The position numbers were made by a program, and so were the translations under genes. Below are positions 25,881 to 38,911 of a stretch of 64,000 bases of DNA, piece after piece (position 1 is the first letter of the stretch; each line of letters begins with the position of its first letter). The DNA is from Podarcis tiliguerta (lineage: Eukaryota). The stretch lies in NCBI GenBank assembly GCA_965153285.1, contig OZ229115.1; one strand, written 5' to 3'. Below the pieces are notes generated by a model that made no database searches, was not told where the DNA came from, and saw only the letters and a program-made list of their open reading frames with translations.

Positions 25881-27142
25881 TGCTTATCTTCCTCGCCACC
25901 CATCAGCTAAGCCCTTTCTATCCATTTGAGCCACTAACAAGCCAGAGTGCACGGGAACAGATAGTGTGGTTTGATAAATAGAGGGATGGGTTGAGGCTGG
26001 TTCAATAGGATTGCTCATAGATATTTTTTTTTAAAAGCCGAAGTCATTGAAGCTTGTAAGATCTGCCCTTTTGGTGACCCTTGTTACAATATATGGAATT
26101 CTAGGGAATTTGTGACAGGCTGGTGACATATAACTGTGGTCAGTAGGGTGAAACAGTGCCTCCCCCTGTTCTTTGCAAGCCCATAATGAATCTTGCTTTG
26201 ACATTGCAAAGTTGGTGAGGCAGAAGTATCATCTGCACTCAGAGAAACCAACCCCACCACCTCTACCTTGTTACAGATATGTGATATTGAGGCCCTCGAT
26301 GTTGCTTCTTTTCTACCTCCTGGTGGTTTGCTTTCCTTCGGTTTACTTTTTACATTGATATTACCACATGTTTCCTTCCCTGCTGACATTTTCCAAAATC
26401 TTGGCTTTTAGCTAAGGCAAGACTGCAGAGCTTCCAGGGAAAACGTAAGAGCTCCTCTATGCATTCATTAACTTCAGTAACAAAACAGCAATTTTATATA
26501 CCCAGGGAGCAAGCCCCATTGGGTGGCAGTTACTTCTGGCCAGACATGGATAGGACTACACTGTAGATTTCTAGGCATTCAGCTGAAATTCCAAGTTTAG
26601 ATTAGAACAACAATGCAAGGAAACTTGTTTCTTCACATATGAGAATGTAAAATAGCTTGGAGTTCTTGAGACTTTTATGTCATTTTCAGGAAGCTTGAAC
26701 ACCAGCAATCCCTTTAGGGGCAATATTTGGCTGCAGGTCGTGTTTGTAGATTTGAGGTGCTATTTTCAATTAATGCAAATATGAAAATACCCTTTTTAAA
26801 ACAGGTTTTATTTTCAACATGGATAAGATGGTGGGGACTTTGAATGTGATAGCGATTGGGGGACTTTTGGAATAAGAATGGCTACATATAGGCTTTGGGA
26901 AATGACCCTATGTCTTAAATTCTCCTTTTGGATTTGCTTCTGAACAAACTCGCTTAGGGTTGCCCTGCACATGTGCTTTCTCTCTCTGATGAATTCTTGC
27001 ACATTTGTTTTCCAAGCATAGGTGATATGTGAAGGACAATCTAAAAAGCACCCAATTATCAAATATGATGGGATTAGTCTTAGAATGCCAGTTCTCAATT
27101 AGGTCATCGTCACACTGTGTCTGTGTTGATCACGGTTTATAA

Positions 27143-27251
27143 CATGGGAGGCAGATCTGTGGCCAGCCCTCCAGATGTTTGGACTCCCAGCTGCCATCAG
27201 CCCGTCATCATGGCTAAGAACATCTGGAGAGCTATAGGTTCCTCCCATCTG
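27143..27251. mobile_element. Short palindromic hAT-type MITE
   Basis: CCTCCAGATGTTTGGACT...AACATCTGGAGAGCTATAGGTTCC fold-back. Confidence 0.6.
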
Positions 27252-27571
27252 AGTCACAACAGGTTCCATACTGCTGCCTTACAAGCTTCAAATTCACCTT
27301 CATGATTCCTTATTTTGCTGTTGTGTTTTGAAAATTTTAACTCAAAGTGAAGTGATGGCTGCTATGACAAAGTCACCATAATGTCATTATTCGGTCCCTG
27401 TGATTGATTGTTTTAATATCATGACGGGTCATGTATGTGTGATGAATGGAAAGCCCATCACTCCTAACTCAACCCAAATTCTCAAGGGTATAATGAGCTG
27501 TGACTAAAAAAGGGGGTGGGGGCAATTAAACCTGCTTGTAAATGGTTTAGAACATGTAGAACAATTAAGGG

Positions 27572-27745
27572 TCATACAATCATAAGGTTTGGAAATGTGC
27601 TCAAAGGTCATCTGATCCAACCTTTTGCTGATGTAGGAAAAAGGCTTTCCTGATAGATGGCGTTACAGTCTCGGCTTAAAAATATTTAATGAAGGAGAAT
27701 CCACCAGCTTCCTAGCATTCTGTTCTGCTGCCAAACAGTTCATAC
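27572..27745 (-). mobile_element. Old CR1 3' end
   Basis: TCATACAATCATAAGG...GGAA...AAAGGTCATCTGATCCAACC is the reversed CR1 terminus. Confidence 0.55.
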
Positions 27746-28882
27746 CATACCACCTGGACCTTATTTGGAGCACCAGTTTGGAGAAGGCTGATATAAGAGG
27801 TTCAGGGGTTGGAGTCACCTATCACAAGGGGACTAGGAAGAAACCCAGCAGTAGGAGCTTCCAAAGGAATAAAAGGGATTTACCGATAAATTACACCCTA
27901 GAAAGCGAAATGTATCCTATTTTCCCAAAGAAAGCAAACTCTGGTTTAATGAAGTGTGCACAGCTAAAGCACATCTAAATGTTTCTCTTGTTCCCGTTGT
28001 TATTTTTGCAGGAGATTTTCTAATTGTCTGCATACAAGACTGATGGTAGTCCATAGCATCTGTCTACTACTAACAGCAAAAATGAGAGAAAAGACTAATC
28101 ATGCCTCCTGCCATCACATGGAGATTAAATGACACTTCTACAACCCCCCCCCCCCCTTTCAAACACCCGCTCCCGCTTTTCCTTCAATGAGAATCACAGG
28201 CATTTGAATAATAATACTATGGTCTCCATTAAGATGACAGTGGCGAAAAAATCAGCTCAAACCCTGTGATTATGCCTTCAATCTAATAATTATTTAAATA
28301 CCAGATAACGCCTTTCAGACTAATTGAGGCCTTTCAGCTGCCTGTATTCGATTGCACTGCTGCATTTACTCCCTCTCAACTTCCTTTACCAAATGGGTCC
28401 AAATTGCTTTTAAAATTGCATTTATAGGCTACATAAATTACGCTGCTCTCTTCTTCCCCCATAAGCCACCCCACAGAGTGGACAGGCAGTATAAATGATT
28501 TGAGTTAACTTGCTTGTATTATCCTTGTTTACACAATAAGACAAATGGAGAGTGAGAGCATGTTAGGGTGCTGTAGTGTAGGAAATTTGCAATGGGCTAA
28601 GACATGTGGAAGCTGAATTCAAGCTTAGGAGGAAGATGCAGTAACCTAATCCTGCACATGGCTGTTCAGTAGTACCTCCCATTGAGTTCAGTGGGGCTTA
28701 TTTCAGGATAAGTAGGTGTAGGGGTGCAGATCAAGAGCTAAAACTCTTCTGGATCTAAAGCTTTTATGCAGCTACTGCCATTGTATCAGAATATGGAAAT
28801 AGCTATTTGCTTTTATGATGGAGTATCTGTTTATTTGTTTTTGGCCACCTTGCATATTTATAGTTAAAGAAAGATGAGGTAT

Positions 28883-29092
28883 GTTGTTGTTTAATCGTGT
28901 CCGACTCTTCATGATCCCATGGACCAGAGCACACCAGGCACTTCTGGCTTCCATTGCCTCCTGCAGTTTAGTCAAACTCATGCTGGTAGCTTCGAGAACA
29001 CTATCCAACCATCTCGTCCTCTGTCGTCCCCTTCTCCTTGTGCCCTCCATCTTTCCCAACATCAGGGTCTTTTCCAGGGAGTCTTCTCTTCC
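28883..29092 (-). mobile_element. Bov-B (RTE clade) LINE, 5'-truncated 3' end, 210 bp
   Basis: Same Bov-B peptide; about 92% identical to the copy at 18.4 kb by manual count. Perfect TSD AAAGATGAGGTAT at 28870-28882 and 29093-29105. Confidence 0.93.
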
Positions 29093-29533
29093 AAAGATGA
29101 GGTATAAATTTTGCTAATATATCAGTAAGTGAAAATTAAAGAGAATAGGTTTGTTTCCCGAAAGAAGAATTTGTGAAATCCTATATGATCAAATGGGCAC
29201 AAGATGTAGGTCATAATATTGATTTGAATCTGTGGGAACAATTGTGGAAAATAAACTTCAAATTCACTGCTGGTTTTTAAGGAGAACTCCTTAAAAATGA
29301 TCCACAGGCGGTACTTGACACCAAGCAAACTAGCCAAAAAGTCTAGATCCAAAAGTGACTTATGTTGGAAGTGCAAACAACCAACCAGCACATTTTACTA
29401 TTCATGGTGGTCTTGTAGAATAATAAAATAATTTTGGGAGATGGTGTATAATGAACTTAAAACATTTAGAAGAACATTTTCCCCAAACCCAGAAGCTTTC
29501 CTTCTGGGAATAATGACAACGGAAGACTCATTG

Positions 29534-29658
29534 CAGCTTTCCCTAATCTGGTTCCTCCCAGATGCTTGGACCACAAATCTCACCATTCCTGAACATTGAT
29601 CAATGATAGGAGTTAAGAGTCCAACAGCATCTAGAGGGCCACAGCCTCTCCATCCCTG
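29534..29658. mobile_element. Short palindromic hAT-type MITE
   Basis: CCCAGATGCTTGGACCACA...GATAGGAGTTAAGAGTCCAACAGCATCTAGAGGGCCACA...CCCTG. Confidence 0.6.
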
Positions 29659-29721
29659 GTATACAGTCATATTTTTTTACTACACCCTAGAAGAGCAGAG
29701 TAAGAGCAAATGTCCTGCCAT

Positions 29722-29855
29722 NNNNNNNNNNNNNNNNNNNNNNNNNNNNNNNNNNNNNNNNNNNNNNNNNNNNNNNNNNNNNNNNNNNNNNNNNNNNNNN
29801 NNNNNNNNNNNNNNNNNNNNNNNNNNNNNNNNNNNNNNNNNNNNNNNNNNNNNNN
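29722..29855. other. Assembly gap (134 N)
   Basis: Run of N. Confidence 1.
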
Positions 29856-30767
29856 CGCTGTGCTGTCATTTTGCCATTTTATCAGAGAACAAATCTACTT
29901 AGATACTTTGGTTCTCTGTTCCAGTCAGTGGTGTTTATTACAGGTTATCATGCTCCTTTTGTACACTTGAAAAGCAGTTAGCAGCCTCAAGTGTCTTCCT
30001 TAGAGCAGGAGCACCTGAGCCACTTGATTTTGCCCTTTGGAAATGATCTTACTCCTGTAAGAAGGAGGGAGAGTTTTATTTTGTAAAACTTCACTTGGGA
30101 AATTAATGAGAGGAAATATGTGAGTGAGGTTGAGCTGAAAGGTGAGCTGGTAACCTTGCGTTCCAGTCCCATTCTGTTTCCACTCTTTAATTCATGTTCG
30201 CCTCATGGTAACTCTCCAGCTCCACTGCTGCAATCTTCCTCCTCATAATAGGAACTGTTATTTGCCTTTCATTAACACTGAGACAGATACAATGGCTGCA
30301 AATGAAAAGGCCTCCAAGAAGAGAAGGAGTCATCACTTAGCTGAACTGGCTGCCTGTTATAATTGCCCTTTCCCTCACCTCCCCCCTCCTCCATCGTGTC
30401 ACTGTACCCCAGGAGCGTCTTAGTTACTTTTGAAAAACACTTGTGTCTTCAGCTTCCCTGTTTGGAAGAAATGTTAGCAAACTTAAATTGAAACTGTTCT
30501 ATGGTGCTTGCCTATCCACCCTGATCAGCTCTTGATTTTGATGTGGCTTGCTTGCAGCATCTTAAATTATTTTTTAAATGGGAAACAAGAACAGTAAGAC
30601 TGGACAGCTTGTACACTTTTTCTTTGACCCATTAGGGAACCCTTTTCTAAGATCCTAAGTGTTAGCAACTACACACAGAGAGAGACACACACACACCCTT
30701 GGGTAGTTGGCTTAACATTGAATTAACCCTTCAGTTGCACACGAATGACATTTGCTGCTGCACTTCC

Positions 30768-30960
30768 AAGAACGTAAGGAAAGCTTGCTGAATCAAACCA
30801 GTAGCCCACCTAGCCCAGCATCCTGATCTCACTATGGCCATCCAGAGCCCTATGGGAAGCCAATAAACAGGACTTGAATACAACACCATTCTGCCCTCCT
30901 GTGATTTCCAGCAGCTGGTATTTAGAAGCATGCTATCTTTGACACTGGAAGTAGGACATG
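30768..30960 (-). mobile_element. CR1 LINE 3' end
   Basis: AAGAACGTAAG tail then GCCCACCTAGCCCAGCATCCTG...CAGCAGCTGGTATTTAGAAGCA, the reverse complement of the 16.8-kb family. Confidence 0.7.
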
Positions 30961-30984
30961 GCCAGCCAGCCAGCCAGCCAGCCA
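30961..30984. repeat. (GCCA)6 microsatellite
   Basis: Read directly. Confidence 0.9.
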
Positions 30985-32438
30985 TACCTTACCAACCCTA
31001 TTGCAAGGATATTAACAATCCAGTAGAACTGGCTCAGCAAATCAGTACCTTAGCCAAACCACAGTGAACTACCTTCTGTAATTTAGGACCTATGATCCAG
31101 ATAGTGGAGCATCACCATAAGGTTTCTCAGTAGAAGAAACAGAGCCCAGACTTTCTTTTTACTAAGAAAAGCGTGTTTTGTTAGAAGAAAAGCAAAAGAA
31201 GCATCAATTTATGAGTTGGAGCAAATGGAGAAGGGGGCGGGTTGTAAGGGAGGGGAAGAAGATGAGCTGAAGTAGCAGAGAGAGAAACAGGGCTTGTTTC
31301 TTATCCTTAGTCCTCTGAGGAAAATGGAGGAAAAGGAGTTTTCAATGGTAGATTAAATTCAAAGAGTGGGAACATCTGATGTTCCCAAGCCACAGTGGGG
31401 TTTCTATTGGACAGAAGTTTGGGGTAATAGGGCACAAAGGCAGGCACCCAACTGTGAGTTTCAAGAGTCAGTGAGACAGAGTGTCTGCCAGCAAGACTGC
31501 TCTCAAAGGCACACAAAATGCAGAGGCTCAAAGGCAGTTGTACTTTAAAGAAAACAAAAGACCAGGGTGTCAACTGAAAAGGGGCCAGAGATTCCAAGAC
31601 AGTGATTCCAAGACTACTTTTTCAAAAGGAGGCTGTAGATGGGTGAACTCGTACTAGGCAGAAAAATCCAGCCATGCATGGGACTCAGTGTTGTCAGAGA
31701 GTGGCAGAGTATTTCCCTAATCCCAAGCCTGATGCTTACTGCTGATCATGCACATGCATGATTTAGTGTTATGTCTGAATATGGTGATTGTTGCTTGCCA
31801 AGGCCACTCAATGAAATCATGCTTGAGCTGAAATTAGAGCAAGGGATGTCTAGTATATAACTTGTGCTCTTAACCACAGGTTGCTCCAACTGTTCGCATA
31901 TTTATTCAGCAATTCCTCTTGTGTAAAATAAAATTCTACCCTCCTACACTGTTCACTTGCATTAAGCCTCAAAGGATTTCTTTGTCTCCTGGGGTCTTAG
32001 TGTCAGACGGAGGTTCAACTTTAGTGGTTGCAGTAAGGTTTCAGCAATGGAAGAAAATCTGTAGGCTCTTTCATTGTCAGAGATATCTATAAAGGTGTTG
32101 AATGAACCTCTGCAGATTAATCTCAACATCACTAAACATTAACTTCATGAGCCCTTTACATCTGGCATCGTTTTATGACATACAGTATTTAATAACAGGA
32201 GCAGAATTAATTCTAGTGCAGGAGAGAATCTCTTTGCTGGACTACACAGCTTATATATGTTTGTGAAAGCTGACAAGAACATCTGCTTTAAAAAAAAACA
32301 ACTCAACAAAATGCAAAGGAATGATAATATGTATATTACTGTGAAACCTAGAGTTCAGATGCAGGTTCCTTAAGGTAGTGTTTTCAGATAACATGCTAGA
32401 AGAATGTGATGTCTTTAGGAATTCTGCAAATTGTGGTA

Positions 32439-32712
32439 CAGTGGTACCTCAGGTTACATATGCTTCAGGTTACATACGCTTCAGGTTACATACGCTTCAG
32501 GTTACATACGCTTCAGGTTACAGACTCCGCTAACCCAAAAATAGTGCTTCAAGTTAAGAACTTTGCTTCAGGATGAGAACAGAAATCGTGCTCCGGTGGC
32601 ACGGCAGCAGCAGGAGGCCCCATCAGCTAAAGTGGTGCTTCAGGTTAAGAACAGTTTCAGGTTAAGTACGGACCTCAGGAATGAATTAAGTACTTAACCT
32701 GAGGTACCACTG
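32439..32712. mobile_element. Tc1/mariner (Tigger/pogo-like) MITE, 274 bp
   Basis: Perfect 18-bp TIRs CAGTGGTACCTCAGGTTA / TAACCTGAGGTACCACTG, with TA on both sides (32437-38, 32713-14). Confidence 0.92.
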
Positions 32713-33334
32713 TATTTATATTTTCAGCAGCAGTTGAGTTGATCATACTCACTTGTGGATTTCAGCCTTGTATGTTCAGAAAGTGGTATATCTGATTTAA
32801 AAGTGAGTGAACTGAAAGGGGAAAGGCTTGATTAAATTATATAGCTAAGCAATCCAGAAGAAGTTTCTGAAATCTACTAAATCTCTAAGGAAACAGTATA
32901 TGATAATATTACTCAGCTATCCATCTAGAACTTTAAAGTATTTAAAGCATTTCAAAAGGCAATTTTAGGCACACTTACCACAAAGGTGGGTCACTTATTA
33001 TTCACATATTTCAGAAAGAAAATGAGACTGAGTGAATGGTGGGTTGCCTGATTTAATATGTGGGTGGTTTTTTTGAATCAACAATTTCTTCATTCCCAGC
33101 ACTACAACATTACACTAGTTCTCTACTCTTCAAGTCTTGTTAGAAAGGACAGGAGAGACCAAGTGGAACAAGTGGGGGTGGGGAGTATTAATATTCCATT
33201 TCCATGCAAACATCTGACACAGAGTTTGCCCTGGTCTGGTGTCAGCTGCCAAGGCCCATGCTGATGTCTGCCCTAGACTTCCTGAACTGGGCAGCTGGGT
33301 TTGGGAAGCCACCATTTTAAATCTTTAAGGTCTT

Positions 33335-33482
33335 GTTGTCAGAGTGGGCAGCCCAATTCCTCCATACACACTGCCCAGGCTTGCACTCCAGGGAAGTCAT
33401 TTTGGTGCTGCTAACACAGCAGTTTGACTTCGCCCCTGGAGGCATACTCCACTGTCTCTCAAGACAGATGGCTGCCAACAAT
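33335..33482 (+). mobile_element. Lizard non-LTR retrotransposon 3' end (RTE/Vingi-like, family uncertain)
   Basis: CTCCATACACACTGCCCAGGCTTG...GGTGCTGCTAAC...TTTGACTTC...TCTCAAGACAGATGGCTGCCAACAA resembles an abundant lacertid repeat recalled from memory. Confidence 0.45.
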
Positions 33483-34539
33483 CCCAAAGTGCATGACATA
33501 GTATCACTGCAAGGAATTGTGGGAAATTTAAAATAGTGGCCTCCCAGCCATCTGTCACTGCCGCCAGGTAAGCCTGCAGTAGGGGTGACACAAAAACTTT
33601 CCCAAGAACCTCCTTGTCCCTGGTTTTGCCCATGCGTCCAGAAACCCTATGGCTAGTTCGCACTGAGATGGCAAGATATTCTTGCCTAGCTTTCTTCCTG
33701 AAATGTTATTTTTGTTTGTGCTTTAAGTCATATAGGCCTACACCTACAACGTGAAATTATACAACCCAAACATAGGTTTATTTACCTCAGTTTGGACTAG
33801 GCCTCTGTGACAGACGTTTAAATAGTTGGATAAATCCGTGATACCATCCTTCCAACTTTATTTGTTCTCAGACTAATAGGAAACACACATCTTCACTACC
33901 ACTTCCTTAAATGACCTAATTTACTTGCTGCTTCCCCAAAGTTGACAGTCTCTCCCTTATGCTGCTTCTTAACCTACTTTGCATCAGAACTGCTAAGTCA
34001 TGAAAATCAGGTTCTTACAGAAGGCAATTTTTATCTTGAAGCACTAAACCTGTATTGTGGCTTCCTGTATTGTACCTTCAGTTCATCTCTGCTGTGTTTT
34101 TAGCCTGAGGGGCAGCTTAAAGCTACAGGTTTGAATGAGGCTTAGTTGGTTCTGCAGGGAGCAATCAGATTCCGGTTGGGTTGACTCACTCCATCTTTCT
34201 AAGGAGGCTAAATAAAGTAACTAGTGCTGTTCTAAAGGGGCCCATCTGTATCAGGCATTCTGTTGTGCTTAATATCTAAACTGAAGGGTCAAAAGGCTCA
34301 AATCCCACATTATTAAAAACCATAACTTACAGCTAGAAAATATACAGTGTATTTCTTAGAAAGAAGGATAAAGCCTTTATGGCTTTTAATCTAGAAAACA
34401 AGGTAACTGAATGTAAAAGGGGGTTATCAGTGTAGAGACAATGGACATACACTCCCCCCTTCTTCTATATGACATTAGCAGATTAGCTTTCTCAAAATAC
34501 TAGAACCCAAGATCATTCAGTGAAGCTGATAACAAGTAA

Positions 34540-34875
34540 TTGTAGGAAACTGGATGCTGGGCTAGATAGGCCTTTGGCCTGATCCATCAAGGCTCATATT
34601 ATGTTCCTATGTAAGGACTATTGAGGATGACAGCTAAATGGAACATCCATATACAGCCCCAGTATACCTCTAAGTACCAGATAATAGACACAAATGATAG
34701 GGATGGTCATCATTTTCATGTCTTGAATTTGTGGTTCTAAAGATATCTGCTTGTCCCCTGTTGGCTATAGAAAGCTGGATGAGCAGAGCTCTCTGGTGAG
34801 ATTTACGGTAACTGTGATTCCTGCATTTCAGGGGGTTAGACTAGATGACTACAGTTCTATAAGTCTATGATTCTA
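34540..34875 (+). mobile_element. Cluster of CR1 3'-end fragments
   Basis: GGATGCTGGGCTAGATAGGCCTTTGGCCTGATCCA...TTATGTTC and GATTCCTGCATT...GGGGTTAGACTAGATGA...CTATGATTCTA tails. Confidence 0.65.
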
Positions 34876-37800
34876 AGAATAATGTTTCATTTTAGTGAAT
34901 AGTTAGAGATTTTCTGCAAGAGGAGAACGGCCTGTTGTATTTTTGAATTGGCACCAACCTTCCTCTCCCTTTGTACCACCACATGCCTATTGACTGGCTC
35001 TCCCACCTTCAGAAAAGCAGTACCAGGGCTACCTGAGTTACAGCAGCAAAAATTATGCTCCTCCTTTGAAGTTTAAATGTTATTTTTGGCTCCTGAAACA
35101 GAAAAGCACATTTTATGGAACCCAACAGTTTGACATGCAGCAAAATATGACAGAATGGGATGCTCCTGTCCAGGGTTCCAGTCCAGCCAGGCATGCCCTC
35201 TATATTCTGTTCATTCCCCCTGTCTACTGCATACCCTCCAACATTTCTCCCATGAAATTAGGGATGTCCCATTCCAGAATGATAATTTTACTATTTATAC
35301 CCCACACCTCTTACTGGGTTGTCCAAGCCACTCTGGGCAGCTTCTAACATATGTAAAAACAGGGAAACTTGGAGGGTCTGCTACTGGTTTTCAATTTCTC
35401 TAGAGCAATCAGTAAGCATGTCAGGACCACTGAGCACACTCAGTCGTAATTAGACTGTTCTGGGGTTATTGTACCTTAGGATTCTAACCCCCCCCTCCCA
35501 TTTTATGTACTTCTGCAATCCTGGAGGTACTGCCAAACATGGTGATACCTTCCTGTTGTGTATGGATTTAAATTCGATAAAAACAGAGATATTTGTATAC
35601 TGTAACTGATGGCACTAAGAGAACTTTTAGTATGTATACGTATATATTCTTAGCAAGTATTTCCTCACCTGCAAAATATAATGCACATAGGATTTAGAAT
35701 CTGAGGAGAGATAATTCTGGGTAATTTACTAAAAAAAGGGGGGGATATTGGGGGAGAAAAAAAGAACTGCTTTGTTTGGATGAAATATTACATGTATTGA
35801 GGACTCCTAGGTTTATGGTGGCAATAATTATAGAACAAAAGCTTCTCATTTCTTATGCTCTCTGTCTATACAATTCAGTGTAGCCAGAACTTACTTTATT
35901 CCATTAAAAAAGGAGCCCTCAGATTGTATTGGAACTGGCACTTGGATAACAAGCTTTTTGGAGCAGTTTGGTTAAAGCGTTTTCACAGGATTAAGTTAAA
36001 AGAAGTTCTGGTTCTCACTTAGCAGAAATCATCCTGTAAATAGCATTGTGTAGCTGTATTCCACAGTGTTTCAGGTAAGTAGGGAGTTCTTAGGTGAAAA
36101 GGGGATTATGAAGCATAAAGCATTTTGTCTCTCTCTTTTTTCATCCTCATGGTGTAGCTTGAGGAAGGGGGTGGTTATTTCAGAGAAGGAAAACACACAG
36201 AGACAGCTGGCTTGTAATAACTTCATATCCCGGAAGGGTGGATAAAAGGCTCTCTGATGTAAGCCTGCATCACATAACCAGTGCTTTTCTAAGGCAAGCC
36301 TCCTATTTCCTAAGGAAATCCCAACCTTATGACTCCTAATTCTACTTGACAGTTGCCTGTGTTTGAATGAAAGGGAAGGAGAGGCAGGTGGGCAGCAGAA
36401 AGGATCTCTTAAAGGTCCTACTCTAGCCCTTTGCCAAACAGCTTGCTTATTTCAGTCCACACAGTGTTAGTTCTATTAACTCATCCAACCATCTAGGCAC
36501 ATCATTGCTGATTGAAAAGTGTATTACTATTACTACAGTTATTATTTTCTTACCCATATATCACCATATGTTTCTGGGACAGGTTGCAACAATATAAAAA
36601 TCTGATATTACTTATTTATTAATTAAAGTTATGCCCTGCTTTTCCTCCCAAAGGGTAATTTTAAAAATCAATTAGAAAAGGCACCCTGGTAAAGAGGCCC
36701 ATATTCAGCATATGATGAAAGCTCTACAATGAAGGTAGCAGACATAGTGTATCCCCACCACCAGCCTGTTTCAAACAAGCCAATGATTTGCAGCATCTGG
36801 ATTTAAGCATTACTTGGCAAACACTGGCAAAAAGCTTGTTACCAGGCTGAAACCATCCTAAAACTGATTTGATGGGAGTAGATGTGTGGGCATGCAGCAG
36901 AGGCAGAAGGACTTGCATAGGCAGCATTTTCAAAGCAAGCGCCACTAGCAGAGCTCACAAAATACACAAAGCATACAAGAACAATGGAATAAATTACTTC
37001 AACATCTTTTCTTCCAAAGCTCTGTGATTGGGCAGCTCTGATGAAATCAGTACCTCTGATTAGGAACTAGACCTGTAGTCACAAAAGACCTCCTACACTC
37101 CCTATTCTGATGTTTTCTTTGTATGGCAAGCTTGCAGAGAAATGCCCCCAGATTAGTGTGGAGCTCCTCCCTTCAGTTTGGGCATTTTGAAGAGAATGTT
37201 CTTCAGGTCAGACAAGTGCTGATTCTGTCCCCAAAAAAATCCCCTGCTTTTGGCTCACCCACACTTCCATTTGCTCTGCTGCTTTCTTGCAGGAAACCCC
37301 ACTCTTTACCACTGAATTGGAACAAATGATGATTGGCTTTCCATAGATTGCCATTTGTTCCAATTCAGCAGTAAAGAGCATGTTTTCCAGGAAAAAGCTG
37401 CAGGGCAAATGCAAAACCATTCAGACCCATGCCTAGAAAGTGCAGGAAAACCAGAAAACCACTCAGACCCGTGCTTTCTAGGCACTGGACAAAGAGAAGT
37501 GTGGACGAACTCTTTGGGGATTTGTCCAAATCCAAAACACATCCCTATTAATGAAGAATCTTGATTCAGAGCAGGAGATGGCCAAAAGAGAGAGAGAAGG
37601 GAAGGCTCACCAACCATCATCTCCAGCCCTAGGATGAATTTCCCTGTGGATCCACAATAGAAAAAAAGGTTTCTCATCCTTGGTGTATATGCATCTTTAA
37701 ATGCTCATGCTCCAAAAATCTGATTAGCCCCCCCTTTCCAATATGCACCAATATGTGTGCTAAAAGATGAATGCATTACTTCCATCCATCACATATCTGC

Positions 37801-38911
37801 TGCACAAACACTGGCATAATACTGATGCTTCCAATCACAACATATAGCATGGCTCCTCCTTTAGGTTACCTGAAATAGATACTTTGAGCACTGTGTACAC
37901 CAAAATCCAAGGGCTTCAGTGTGGTAAGTGGGTGTCCAAAACTACTTGAATGAGAGCCACAGCAATTGCAGACTTTGTGTAAACAGCACTTTGCCTTGTC
38001 TGAGTCCATTGAGTGCTTTTGTTGGAAAGGAGAATTGCAGCTGCTGAACTCAACCCCCTTGCAATGAATGTTCTTTCAGACAGGTACTATGCACAGCTGA
38101 TGGGCAACGTACAGATCAAAAAAGGGACAGAAGCCGGTATTGAAAAGAGCGTACAGCTGCTGCCTGCCAGAACCAATCAAAGGCTGCCCTGCTGTGATAA
38201 CAAAGAGCAGGGGTTGAGCTGCTCCTAGTCAGGGTGAGTGTCAGCTAGCTGAAAAGAGAGGAGGTGGCAGAATTGGGAGATTCCACAAGGCTTCAGCGCA
38301 GTGTTCAATGCTACGCAGGTTGTCACTGACAGAAACCCTAGGATACTGTTTACAAGAGGAGCAAATAGCTTTCAAACAAAGCACTTCACTCATATCTGAC
38401 TAGTGGCAGGAAAACCTTTCTTTTTACAGAGGCTCCTTCAGTATCTCTCAGAAGTTCATCCCCAACATTTGATTTAAGCTCCCTGACTTGCCTGGTTCAG
38501 TGTTATTCAGTCTTATGTTTCTGAAGCATTAAAGACAGAAAAAGCAAGTAAGAAGAGGGGAGTATATTAAGGAGCTTAAAACACACACACCAGTGGGCTC
38601 AACTATTGGGCTGGATTTGATTGATTATATTTCTATTCCGCTTTTCATTCAAATGAATCCCAAAGCGGCTTACAAACAATAAATAACATTAATGTGATAG
38701 AACATAATAGAACATCACAAATACAGCATATATCATATGGAATAATTGGATGAAGCCCTGAAAGGGGTGCCCCAGTGATGCATAGTGACAAAATACTTCA
38801 TCCTCGTTCTAGATGGGCATTTCACCTGGCCTAGGGAGTGAATGGGATGGTCAGGGAATGGCAGATAGCAACTGGACACAGTCTGCAACTGCTTTCAATT
38901 TAAGCCCAGGT

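Noticed and set aside
31075-31600. Possible LTR (also ~9220-9630 and ~23320-23760)
   Set aside because: LTR-like composition but no convincing TG...CA ends with TSD or poly(A) signal.
32449-32522. CRISPR-like periodic repeat
   Set aside because: Head-to-tail 16-mers without spacers, inside a eukaryotic MITE.
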